A stretch of 64,000 bases of DNA from an uncultured Acidobacteriota bacterium (GCA_947259165.1 CAMYKY010000004.1:10733-74732); one strand, 5' to 3'. Positions 50,844 through 59,807 are shown, counted from the stretch's first letter. The notes: generated from the letters alone by a model not told the origin. Made by a program: numbers and translations.

Positions 50844-50859
50844 TGGCACACTACTTGCT
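50844..50859 (+). promoter_or_regulatory. Sigma54 promoter upstream of wzc
   Basis: TGGCACACTACTTGCT is a near-perfect TGGCACG-N4-TTGCW match, followed by an AT-rich leader. Confidence 0.8.
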
Positions 50860-51020
50860 TTGAAACCTTAGCGAAGCCCCTTAAAATTCTCAAAAAATAA
50901 TCCATTCTTTTTTGAATCGTTTGGAGAACAAGAACTGCCAAAACCGACGCGATCGTCGGTAGCGAGAACGACCCAAACAACTTCTCAGAAACAGTAGATG
51001 GATCCGAAAACGAGCTGATC

Positions 51021-53312
51021 ATGTCGAACGCCAAGTGGCCACACGAAGCCCCGCCAAGGCCCGAGCCCGAAGCGGCCGACTTCTTTCCGCAGACCACCGA
51101 GACCCATCTCCGGGACTATTGGTACATCATCCTCAAGCGACGCTGGATGATTCTCGCTGTGGTTGTTTGCGTCGTCTCCTACTCGGCCGCTCGCGCTCTG
51201 ATGCGAAAGCCAGTCTACTCTGCGACCTCCGTGCTGCAGATCGATCGCGGAAAAATCAACCTCGTGCAAGACGTCATGACGCCCGACTACTGGACCGGTT
51301 ACAATGAGTTTTATCCGACCCAGCAGCGCGTTCTCCAAAGTCGGAACCTCGCCCGGCGTGTGGTTCGACAGCTTCGCTTGTGGGAGCATCCGTACTTCAC
51401 CGGCGGGCATCCGCTCGAAGCCGACGAGCAAACGCTCGAAAATCTCTCCGGCGCAGTCGTCGGGATGCTACAAATCGACCAGATCCGAAACACCCAGCTC
51501 ATGGAGCTGCGTTTCACCACGCTCGACCCACAGGTCTCCGCCGACCTGTCGAATGCGCTCGCACAACAATACATCGCCTTCAGTAGCGAGAGCGAGACGA
51601 CGCTGGCCCGGGACACGGCCGGATTCATCGGAGAGCAAGTCGAAAAGATTCAAAAAGAAATTCAGCAGCGGGAGAAACTTCTCCAGGAGTACAGCCAGCG
51701 CGAAGACTTGATGATGGTAAACGAAAAAGAGCTCAGCGTCATGCGCCAACTGGAAGAGCTCAATACCGCCTACACTCAAGCACGCGCGGCGCGAGCGAAC
51801 GCGGAAGCCAACTTCCGCAGTATCTCTGCCGACGCATCCGGTCTACCGGAAGTCCAGTCGAACCCTTCGATTGAAGATCTGCGTAGCGAACGAGAGCGCG
51901 CTCGAAGGAGCGTTGCGGATCTCAGCTCCAAGTTCAAAGACGACTGGCCCGAGCTCCGGCGTGCTCGCGAAACGCTAGCAGACATCGACCGGCGCTTGGT
52001 CCAAGAGCAGCGGACGGTCGCGAAGAAGCTCGTGGCCCAGTCCCAAGTCGAGTACCGGGCAGCGCTCGAACGAGAAACCCTCCTGCTCCAAGAAGTCGAG
52101 GCCCAGAAGCAGGAAGCCCAGGAGCTCACCGAGCTCACGTCGAACTATAACCAGATCAAGGCGGAGGTCGACAATCAACGCTCCATGCTCCAGCAGCTCT
52201 TGCGGCGCCGCACCGAGACGGGACTCTCCGCCGAGCTCGGCGAGCGCCAGCCCGTCAACGTACGCATCGTGGAGGCCGCTCTCGTACCGAGAGGAGCGAA
52301 TGGGCCTGGGCTCAAGAGAAACTTGTTCATGGGGGCGTTGATAGGTATCGGACTGGCTCTAGGCGCAGCTTTTTTTCTCGACTACTGGGAAACCGCCATT
52401 TACACGATCGAGGATTTGAGAAGGCACGTGCCGCTCCCCTACATGGGGATGGTGCCGCGTCTCGAGGCCGCGTCGTTTGCGCTCTGGGCGGGCAGCAGGG
52501 GGAAATTCCTAGCTTACGACCCTGGCGAGGCGGTCAGCCCGCGGCGGGGCAAGAGCATGAATCGAACCCGCTCGGCGCTCGCGCTCTCCCAAACGACGAA
52601 AGTCGCGTCGCGCGCCAAAGAAGACACCTCGATGATCGCCGAGCGCTTCAAATTCCTTCGTGGCTCCCTCCTGCTATCGACCCCCGGAGCGCCGCCGCGA
52701 ACCGTGCTCGTGACCGGACCCGACAAGAACGCCGGCAAGACGTTCGTCGCGTGCAATCTCGCGACGTCCCTCGCGGATCTCAACAAGAAAGTCCTTCTCA
52801 TCGACGCCGATCTGCGCAATCCCCAACTTCACAAGGTGTTCCGCTTCAAGAATCGAGTCGGGTTGTCGAACGTTCTCTCCGGTCAAACGACGATCGAGAA
52901 AGGCTGTATCGTCTCGACTCCCATCCCGAACCTCTATGTCTTGCTTGCGGGGCCCGCAAGCCCGACACCCGCCGAGCTTCTAGGCTCCTCCAAGATGGAA
53001 GAGACGATGGCGCAGTGCATGGAGCACTTCGACTATGTCCTGCTCGATTCGGCGCCGCTTCTCCCCGTATTCGACTCGCATTACTTGACGGTGCGCGCCG
53101 ACGCGAACTTGCTCGTAGTCCGAAGCGGCCACACGTCGCGACACGCGGTAACGCAGAGTTTGGATCTCATCGATCGCGTCGGCGGCCGTGTCACCGGCGT
53201 GGTTTTGAACGATGTCAATCTCGCTGACTACGCTCAAAACTACTACTACAGCTACCACAGCTACGAGTACGGCACCTATGCCGAAGACCCGGTAGAGCGA
53301 AGGGCGGGTTGA
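51021..53312 (+). CDS. wzc: Polysaccharide co-polymerase/BY-kinase (Wzc/GumC)
   Basis: HLRDYW.II.KRRW, periplasmic coiled coil, AGKT, IDADLR.P, LLDSAP, C-terminal Tyr cluster YYYSYHSYEYGTY. Confidence 0.95.
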   Translation: MSNAKWPHEAPPRPEPEAADFFPQTTETHLRDYWYIILKRRWMILAVVVCVVSYSAARALMRKPVYSATSVLQIDRGKINLVQDVMTPDYWTGYNEFYPTQQRVLQSRNLARRVVRQLRLWEHPYFTGGHPLEADEQTLENLSGAVVGMLQIDQIRNTQLMELRFTTLDPQVSADLSNALAQQYIAFSSESETTLARDTAGFIGEQVEKIQKEIQQREKLLQEYSQREDLMMVNEKELSVMRQLEELNTAYTQARAARANAEANFRSISADASGLPEVQSNPSIEDLRSERERARRSVADLSSKFKDDWPELRRARETLADIDRRLVQEQRTVAKKLVAQSQVEYRAALERETLLLQEVEAQKQEAQELTELTSNYNQIKAEVDNQRSMLQQLLRRRTETGLSAELGERQPVNVRIVEAALVPRGANGPGLKRNLFMGALIGIGLALGAAFFLDYWETAIYTIEDLRRHVPLPYMGMVPRLEAASFALWAGSRGKFLAYDPGEAVSPRRGKSMNRTRSALALSQTTKVASRAKEDTSMIAERFKFLRGSLLLSTPGAPPRTVLVTGPDKNAGKTFVACNLATSLADLNKKVLLIDADLRNPQLHKVFRFKNRVGLSNVLSGQTTIEKGCIVSTPIPNLYVLLAGPASPTPAELLGSSKMEETMAQCMEHFDYVLLDSAPLLPVFDSHYLTVRADANLLVVRSGHTSRHAVTQSLDLIDRVGGRVTGVVLNDVNLADYAQNYYYSYHSYEYGTYAEDPVERRAG

Positions 53313-54478
53313 TCCCCATTCCGGACGCCGCCGAAGGGCCCCCAAGCCCCGAGAACCTTGCTGCCCTCGACGATGTCGTAAAGACGTGCGGGAGCCGGAT
53401 CCGCTCCGGCAAAAGCTTCTTCGAAACCGCTGAATCCGAACGTCTGTCACCCCTCCTCTACCACGTGTTCGATCGTCTCGGTTGGCCCGACACCGTGTCC
53501 AAGGAAGAGCAGCACCACTTCCGGAAGGCTTATTACCTGAGTGCCGGCCAGAACGTCGAGCTGCTGGGTGCGCTATCCGAGGCGGCCCTCGCTCTGCGCG
53601 AACAGGATATCCCCTGTGTCGCGTTCAAGGGCGCCGCACTGGTGAAGCGAATCTACCCCAACGTCGCCGTGCGTCCCATGGGCGATGTCGACGTCTATGT
53701 ACCCCCTGCTAGCGCCGAGCACGCCGAGGCAGTGCTCTCCACGCTTGGCTATCGGCCCTTTTGTCCTGACATGACCCCGGGTCTGAGTCGACGCATTCGT
53801 CACGCGCGCCTGTACGTCGGTGGGACCCGGGAGACGACGAGCATCGACCTCCACTGGTCCTTGGTCGGACACAGCAACGATGCCCGATCTCCCGATCCAC
53901 ACTGGCTGCGCCGAAATATTGTCGCGCGCAATGGCGATCCTTGGATGCATTTTTCCGACACCGCGCACCTTCTCTACCTGAGCGCGCACATGAAGCTGCA
54001 ACACTACGACGAGGAGATTCCCCTGTTGTGGTGTCTCGACTTCTACCTCCTCGCGACTCGGGGGGACATCGCTTGGGACCAGCTCTTGAGCGATGCTCGC
54101 CGCTTTGGCTGGACCGACGCCGTGAGCGCCGTCGCATTCGATGTCCGAGAGCGTCTAGGCGTCGCGCTACCCGCACCCCTCGAGCGGATCGCTAGCGCTC
54201 CGAAAGCCCCGCTTCATCGTCACGGCGCGCGGAACGAGCCCGAGCGCGTCTTGAACGAGCTCCGAGCCCTGGGGTGGTCGGGTCGCCTCGCGCTTGTGAG
54301 AGCCTACGTCCTGCCGTCACCCACCTACATCCGCTTCCGCTACCAGACGCTGAGCTGTCCTCTCGGGTATGCCAAACGTTGGAGCACGATGCTCGCCCGG
54401 GCGGGCACTATTCTTCTGCGCGCACTGCGGCGCAAGCCCGGGACTCGCCCACTATTGACTTCGCGAGAAAATTGCTAG
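53309..54478 (+). CDS. Nucleotidyltransferase family protein (NTP_transf_5-like)
   Basis: FKGAAL..IYP..RPMGDVDV, IDLHW; TTGA overlap with wzc. Confidence 0.88.
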   Translation: MIPIPDAAEGPPSPENLAALDDVVKTCGSRIRSGKSFFETAESERLSPLLYHVFDRLGWPDTVSKEEQHHFRKAYYLSAGQNVELLGALSEAALALREQDIPCVAFKGAALVKRIYPNVAVRPMGDVDVYVPPASAEHAEAVLSTLGYRPFCPDMTPGLSRRIRHARLYVGGTRETTSIDLHWSLVGHSNDARSPDPHWLRRNIVARNGDPWMHFSDTAHLLYLSAHMKLQHYDEEIPLLWCLDFYLLATRGDIAWDQLLSDARRFGWTDAVSAVAFDVRERLGVALPAPLERIASAPKAPLHRHGARNEPERVLNELRALGWSGRLALVRAYVLPSPTYIRFRYQTLSCPLGYAKRWSTMLARAGTILLRALRRKPGTRPLLTSRENC

Positions 54479-54501
54479 GATCGTTTTGTCATCTAAAACC
54501 C

Positions 54502-55419
54502 ATGAGCACTGAGAGCCTTGGAGCGCGCTACCTCGCCCACCCAGATCGATTTCCCGAGTGGGGCGAGGGAGCGCCGTTCGGCCCGCGAGAGACCTCGATG
54601 ACCATCTGCGGTACGCGCGTTCGCATCTCGGGACTGAGCCACGAGCAAGACCGCGCGATTCACGCTTTGTGGCCTGACTTCGTGGGCGAGGACGTCGCTG
54701 AGCCAGCCGCTTTGAGCGTTTTTCGGACTCCTGAGTCGACATTCAAGAAACTGGATCGCTGGGTCTACGAGCTCGACTTCGACTACCAGCCAGGGTCCTT
54801 GCGCCTCGCCGGGCTCGATCTCATGGCGCGGGTCGACATGAGCTCACCGCTACGCGCCGCACTCTGGATCGCTACCGAGTCGCCCGACACCTTCCACGGT
54901 GCGTTTGAGAACTTTCTTCGTGTCGTCGTCGCGTATGCGGCGATGCATCGAGGCGGCGCCTTGGTGCACAGCGCTGCCGTCGTCGACGGTGACGACGCCT
55001 GGCTGTTCGTCGGCCACTCAGGCGCCGGCAAGTCGACGGTCTCCCAGCTAGGACTCGACTCGGGTCGGCGCGTGCTCAGCGACGACCTGAACCCGATTCT
55101 CCCACGCGAGGACAACGGGATCGACGTCGTCGGTAGCCCCTTCCTCGGCGATCTCGGCACACGCTCGCCCGCGCGCCATCGACTCTCGGCTATCTATCGC
55201 CTGGAACAAGGAACAGAGGATAGTCTCCGCCCCATGGGCGCCGCCGAAACGCTCGCGTGTCTGATGGCATGCGCACCTTACATCAACCGTGATCGGCACC
55301 GAGCCGATACGCTTTGTTCGAACCTATTGGAGATGGCACAACAGGTGCCTGCCAAGGTTTTGACCTTTCGTCGGGACGGAACGTTCTGGCCGCTTCTAGA
55401 GAGGACAGCGCTTGCCTGA
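54502..55419 (+). CDS. HPr kinase-like P-loop kinase (RiPP-associated type)
   Basis: VHSAAV..LFVGHSGAGKST..LSDD..SPF. Confidence 0.82.
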   Translation: MSTESLGARYLAHPDRFPEWGEGAPFGPRETSMTICGTRVRISGLSHEQDRAIHALWPDFVGEDVAEPAALSVFRTPESTFKKLDRWVYELDFDYQPGSLRLAGLDLMARVDMSSPLRAALWIATESPDTFHGAFENFLRVVVAYAAMHRGGALVHSAAVVDGDDAWLFVGHSGAGKSTVSQLGLDSGRRVLSDDLNPILPREDNGIDVVGSPFLGDLGTRSPARHRLSAIYRLEQGTEDSLRPMGAAETLACLMACAPYINRDRHRADTLCSNLLEMAQQVPAKVLTFRRDGTFWPLLERTALA

Positions 55420-55714
55420 TTTGAATCTCGTATTTAGACGTAAGGATGACATTCGCTACCGTGTCGTCGGAGACGAGGCCATCGTCGTTCGCCAGAACGC
55501 CGCGGAGGTTCTTGCGCTCAATGACGTTGGCGCGCGTGTTCTCGAGCTCATCGACGCCGACAAGACGCTCGCACAGGTGATCGCGACGATGTCGGGTGAG
55601 TACGACGTCCGCCCAGACGAGCTCGCGAACGATGTGCAACGTTTTGTTGCCGCTATCCGGGATGCCGGTATCGTCGTGGATGTCAGCGAGGAAGTCAGCG
55701 AAAAGGTCCGCTGA
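55412..55714 (+). CDS. PqqD-family RiPP recognition element
   Basis: YRVVGDEAIVV..LNDVGARVLELID....LAQVI..MSGEYDV....DVQRFV..I..AGIV. Confidence 0.92.
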   Translation: MPDLNLVFRRKDDIRYRVVGDEAIVVRQNAAEVLALNDVGARVLELIDADKTLAQVIATMSGEYDVRPDELANDVQRFVAAIRDAGIVVDVSEEVSEKVR

Positions 55715-55719
55715 AAATC

Positions 55720-56820
55720 GTGCGTACCAAGAGAGAGCGTAAGGTTTCGAGCTCCCAAAGCCTGGAGCCGAGCTACGACGAGACCATCCTCGGGACGTGG
55801 GAGAACCATCACCTGTTCTCCGCTCTCGTGGAGTTGACCTATCGATGCAACCTCGATTGCTACTTTTGTTACAACGATCTCGATCTCGCCGGAGACCCCC
55901 TGCGTCTCGCCGACTACGAGCGTCTGTTCGAAGAAATGCGCACGCTCGGTTGCCTGCATTTGACGTTGTCCGGCGGCGAACCGCTCGCCCATCCAGATTT
56001 TTTCGCCATCGGAGCCAAAGCGCGCGAGCTCGACTTCGTAGTCCGAGTGAAAACTAACGGGCATGGGCTCGATCGTGAGCTCGCGGGCAGACTCCGAAGC
56101 GAAGTCGACCCGTTCATCGTCGAAGTCAGCCTGCACGGCGCTTGCGCTGAAACCCACGATCGACAAACGCGCGTTGCCGGAAGCTTCGATCGGCTCGTGC
56201 ACAACCTGGACGTGATGCGAGCGACGGGCCTGCGCGTCAAAATCAACACCGCGCTGACCCGTTGGAACGAGCGCGAGATCGAAGGTATGTTCGCGATTGC
56301 AGACCGCTTTGCCGTACCGCTCACCCTCGATCCTGAGGTCACGCCGCGTGACAACGGAGACCGGGACCCGATGCGCATCAGCGCGTCACCGGAGGGATTG
56401 CGCCATCTCGTCGCGGTACAGGCGAGTCGGCGCAAGGGGACACAAGCCGAGGTCCTGCGAGAAGGCGACGCTGAGATTCACAGCCGGGATCCCGACAGGC
56501 ACTGTGGCGCGGGCGCGTCGGGCATCGCGATCGATCCTTATGGCAATGTCTACCCGTGCGTTCAATGGCGACGGGCCATCGGAAACGTCCACGGAAGCTC
56601 GCTCCAGGGGATCTGGCGCGCGAATGGAAAACTCGATGAAATCCGGCGACTCACCGTCGAAGCCAAAGGAGTCGTGAGCGGCCACGACTCCGAAGTCCCA
56701 CTCGTCGGATTCTGTCCCGGTGTCGCCGAGATGTTGACGGGCGATCCTCTGGCCGTTCCCGAGAGTACATCAACCCGCGCCAACGTCCTGTCGGAGTTGC
56801 CGCTCCACCCCGTCCAATAA
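55720..56820 (+). CDS. Radical SAM protein with SPASM/Twitch extension (PqqE-like)
   Basis: ELTYRCNLDCYFC, SGGEPL, TNG, VSLHG, CGAG..IDPYGNVYPC, FCPG. Confidence 0.93.
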   Translation: MRTKRERKVSSSQSLEPSYDETILGTWENHHLFSALVELTYRCNLDCYFCYNDLDLAGDPLRLADYERLFEEMRTLGCLHLTLSGGEPLAHPDFFAIGAKARELDFVVRVKTNGHGLDRELAGRLRSEVDPFIVEVSLHGACAETHDRQTRVAGSFDRLVHNLDVMRATGLRVKINTALTRWNEREIEGMFAIADRFAVPLTLDPEVTPRDNGDRDPMRISASPEGLRHLVAVQASRRKGTQAEVLREGDAEIHSRDPDRHCGAGASGIAIDPYGNVYPCVQWRRAIGNVHGSSLQGIWRANGKLDEIRRLTVEAKGVVSGHDSEVPLVGFCPGVAEMLTGDPLAVPESTSTRANVLSELPLHPVQ

Positions 56821-56823
56821 AAC

Positions 56824-57017
56824 TCACCACGGAGTCACGCAGGGTTCGAGAGGACCGCAGGGCGTTCGGTTATCGGTTCTGTGCTGCTAGCGCCTGGTAG
56901 TCATTCTCTTCGGCAACAACCTCTGTGAACGCTGGCGCCATGATGCCGGTTTCGAGATCCCGGGCGTTTCCAAAGATAGGGTCTCGTTTCTCCGTGAGAG
57001 CCGTGCCTCCGTGGTGA
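56824..57017. repeat. Intergenic element with 16-bp imperfect terminal inverted repeats
   Basis: tcaccacggagtcacg vs cgtgcctccgtggtga (15/16 match). Confidence 0.7.
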
Positions 57018-57045
57018 AAACCTTCGAAAGCGCGCAGAAGGTAGT

Positions 57046-57222
57046 TCAGGAGCGCTGGGCGAGCGGGCAGGTGCCGACGTTTGCCTTGGCGGGCGGGCGC
57101 GGGGTGCACAGCGCGGCCATAGCTTCGAGCGGCTCGCGGTAGAGGATCTCGGGCCGGCGATATTTCTTCTTGGTGGATGCGGGTCCGTTGGCGGAGGCTC
57201 GTTTCTTTTCGTCGTGTTTCAT
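57046..57222 (-). CDS. Putative RiPP precursor peptide (58 aa)
   Basis: MKHDEKKRASANGPASTKKKYRRPEILYREPLEAMAALCTPRPPAKANVGTCPLAQRS. YxxPxI leader, two Cys, adjacent to RRE and rSAM genes. Alternative GTG start at 57231. Confidence 0.75.
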   Translation of the reverse strand: MKHDEKKRASANGPASTKKKYRRPEILYREPLEAMAALCTPRPPAKANVGTCPLAQRS

Positions 57223-57354
57223 GGGTGTCACTACTATGTTAGCAGAGTTGGAGTTCGGTCTGCAGATTCTGAATCCGGAGCGAACGGCGTCGCGCCCGCG
57301 AGTGTGTCCGGTCCCAACAAGCCGCTGCGTCGTCGCGCCTCTATCCCCCTCTCC

Positions 57355-58638
57355 CTAGGGTCTCAGGATTAGGTTGAAGTTGGCGACCACGCGGCCTTTA
57401 TCGAACGCGACGACGTTCGAGCGACGATCGAAGTACTGAGTAGTCACGCCCACGAACCAGGATCTTTGGATGTTGTACTCGAACGACAACTGCAACGACA
57501 GATGCTCGTCCACGATCTCTTCCTCAACGATCTCGCCGTCGACGTCTTGCGTGATCCTCGGTCGGGGATAGTTGTTGTCACCGACAATCGCTCCTGGCTC
57601 GATCGAAAATCTCTCGTGGAGCTGCCATCTAAAGAAAGCTCCGACGCGATTCTGAACGAAGTACCAGTTGTCAGTGAGGATCGACGGCACGACATCGCGC
57701 TCATAGACGCCGCGTAGCCGATGCCGGCTGGCGGAAGTCAGCCGAACGTCGGCGGCACCGATGGGCCCGGTATAACCGAACCGAGAGTCCGCAACGGGCA
57801 CGAGCTTTCGAAAGCCAACCATCACTCGTCCGGTAATACCGGTCTCGTTCGTCGACGGAACCAGCGCCCGGGGCGACTTGGGCGAAAAATCGAACCCCGC
57901 TCGTGCACCGTACGACTCGTTGTCTCTGATGTCATCGTCAAAAGCTTGCGTTTCGAAAAAGCCCTCGACTATGGCTCGCGTCTTCGAAGTGACTTGCCGA
58001 GCGAAGTCCACCGAGATCGAGTCCTGGACGTTGTTGAGCCGCGACGGAATGGTCGGGTCCTCGAGCGTCTGGTCCCGAATTTCGGTTTTGTACTGATGGT
58101 ATCGAGCCCGAAGCTCATGCCGCCAACCCAGCGCCATGGTCAACGATGTTTCGAAATGATTCGTCCGGGTCTCGACAGGAAAATCGAACTCGCTGGTCGG
58201 ACGCTGGGTCTCGTCGCGAAACTCGTCGTCGACTGCAAGAAGGAATCGCCGACTACCCCATCCACCTCCGACACGCGTGATGTTGAAGACTTGTCGCAGC
58301 GCGACTTGCTCGCGGTAGTAGACAAAATCGACTTCTTGATACACGTCGAAAAATGCCCGGGAACCTAAGGGCAGACGGAGCTGAATCCCCGGACCGAACA
58401 TCGCGCTGATGTCCTGCTGTGGATCCGGCGTCGACAACGTGTTTGAGTCATATCCAGTCGAGAATCGAACGACCGGCGTTGCATAAAACGGCCCGAGCTC
58501 GAAGAGTCCGTCGCGGACGCCGTCGAGCTCGTTTTCGATCAAGTTCACAGACTGGGAGCTAGCAGAGGCGGACGCGAGCAACGCAACCGCAACCGACGTC
58601 AGGACAGTGCCGACACGGCCAGAGAAGGAAATCATCAT
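57355..58638 (-). CDS. Outer-membrane beta-barrel of EPS loci (BBP2/DUF2320-like)
   Basis: Signal peptide; GYDSN motif; alternating beta strands; C-terminal YFDRRSN..FDK. Confidence 0.75.
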   Translation of the reverse strand: MMISFSGRVGTVLTSVAVALLASASASSQSVNLIENELDGVRDGLFELGPFYATPVVRFSTGYDSNTLSTPDPQQDISAMFGPGIQLRLPLGSRAFFDVYQEVDFVYYREQVALRQVFNITRVGGGWGSRRFLLAVDDEFRDETQRPTSEFDFPVETRTNHFETSLTMALGWRHELRARYHQYKTEIRDQTLEDPTIPSRLNNVQDSISVDFARQVTSKTRAIVEGFFETQAFDDDIRDNESYGARAGFDFSPKSPRALVPSTNETGITGRVMVGFRKLVPVADSRFGYTGPIGAADVRLTSASRHRLRGVYERDVVPSILTDNWYFVQNRVGAFFRWQLHERFSIEPGAIVGDNNYPRPRITQDVDGEIVEEEIVDEHLSLQLSFEYNIQRSWFVGVTTQYFDRRSNVVAFDKGRVVANFNLILRP

Positions 58639-59807
58639 GCGGCTCCTAGAATGCGACCCACGGCCCCATGCCGAAACACCGCATCGATCAACCCCCGGTG
58701 CCAGTCGAAATTTGCCTTTTCTTGAATGATTCTCATGACGGTCTCACGCCGGGCGAGCGACATCAGCCGCTCGATGCCCCAATCATTCATGAGTTTGAAG
58801 CTCCGTCTGAGTTTCAGCCCGGTCTCGATCTCTCGCTGAAGCAACGCGCGCCAACGGTGCTCATAGGCGCTTAGCGCAGCAGCGTCCAGGTGATCCGAAG
58901 CAAGGGACGAGTCCAGGGTTTCCGCCGCGAGCTCGGCAGTTCGCATCCCGTAGTAGATGCCGCCGCACGTAGTGGTCTTGATATGACCCGCGGCTTCCCC
59001 CACGACCAGGATCCGGTCGCCAAAACTCTGACGGAGAAACCCGAGCGGAAGCACGCTACATTGAATCGGCCCCGGCGCAGTTTCGGCCCGCGACGCGAGA
59101 TCAGAGCGCGCGAGAAAACGTCGTAGCGTGTTCGGCCCGTCCCGCCGACACAAAAGTCCAACCTTCGCACGGCCTTCCCCGAGAGGAACGACCCACGCGA
59201 AACCCTCGGGCGCCCATCTCTGGCCAAAGTACACCTCGACCTGCCGGGCTGAAAGCGCGAGCTCCGTCTGAACCCCTAGCAGGCGAGACGGCACGTCGTT
59301 GAATCCAAGGGTTCTTAGCAGCGGCATTCCGGCGCCGGTCGCGACAACGACCGCACGGCACCGCAGCGCCCGCTGGGAGGGCTCCTCGGACGCTGCGTCG
59401 GAGACTCTGACATTCACGCCACCGAAGACCGTTTCGACGGCCGTGGCGCGATGGCTCAACAACACGTGCGCTCCAGCCTCGCGCGCGCGTGCGCCGAGGT
59501 AACGGTCGAACTCCCCGCGCACGACGACATGGGCCAGCTCGTTTGCGGTCTCGAACTCCCAACGAAGCCCTCGCGGCGAAACGAACTCGAGATTCGATAG
59601 GCTATGCTGGATGAGATCGTTCGGCAAATGGAACCGCTCGAAGGCCTCGACACCAAGAACCCCGCTGCAATTCACCGGGGTTCCAATCTGCGCATGCTCC
59701 TCGAGCACCGCCACGTGCCATCCTCGTTCGGATAGACGCGTGGCTGCAGTCAGACCCGCAGGGCCAGCTCCCACGACGACGACGTCGTACTTCTCTTGAA
59801 CGGTCAG
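58635..59807 (-). CDS. Geranylgeranyl reductase-family FAD oxidoreductase
   Basis: YDVVVVGAGPAG, IG.PVNCSG, R..FD, FAWVVP, VGEAAG....TCGGIYYG. Start probably CTG overlapping the upstream stop. Confidence 0.85.
   Translation of the reverse strand: MTVQEKYDVVVVGAGPAGLTAATRLSERGWHVAVLEEHAQIGTPVNCSGVLGVEAFERFHLPNDLIQHSLSNLEFVSPRGLRWEFETANELAHVVVRGEFDRYLGARAREAGAHVLLSHRATAVETVFGGVNVRVSDAASEEPSQRALRCRAVVVATGAGMPLLRTLGFNDVPSRLLGVQTELALSARQVEVYFGQRWAPEGFAWVVPLGEGRAKVGLLCRRDGPNTLRRFLARSDLASRAETAPGPIQCSVLPLGFLRQSFGDRILVVGEAAGHIKTTTCGGIYYGMRTAELAAETLDSSLASDHLDAAALSAYEHRWRALLQREIETGLKLRRSFKLMNDWGIERLMSLARRETVMRIIQEKANFDWHRGLIDAVFRHGAVGRILGAA

Noticed and set aside
50955-50966. ops/JUMPstart-like GTCGGTAGCGAG in the wzc leader
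   Set aside because: Two mismatches to GGCGGTAGCGTG and part of a local hairpin; too weak to call.
56870-57109. 79-aa ORF as an alternative precursor
   Set aside because: Runs through the inverted-repeat element, overlaps the better candidate and lacks a leader motif.
53309-57231. PQQ or lasso-peptide cluster
   Set aside because: No pqqB/pqqC and no ExxxY core; no asparagine-synthetase-like cyclase or transglutaminase-like peptidase in the window.
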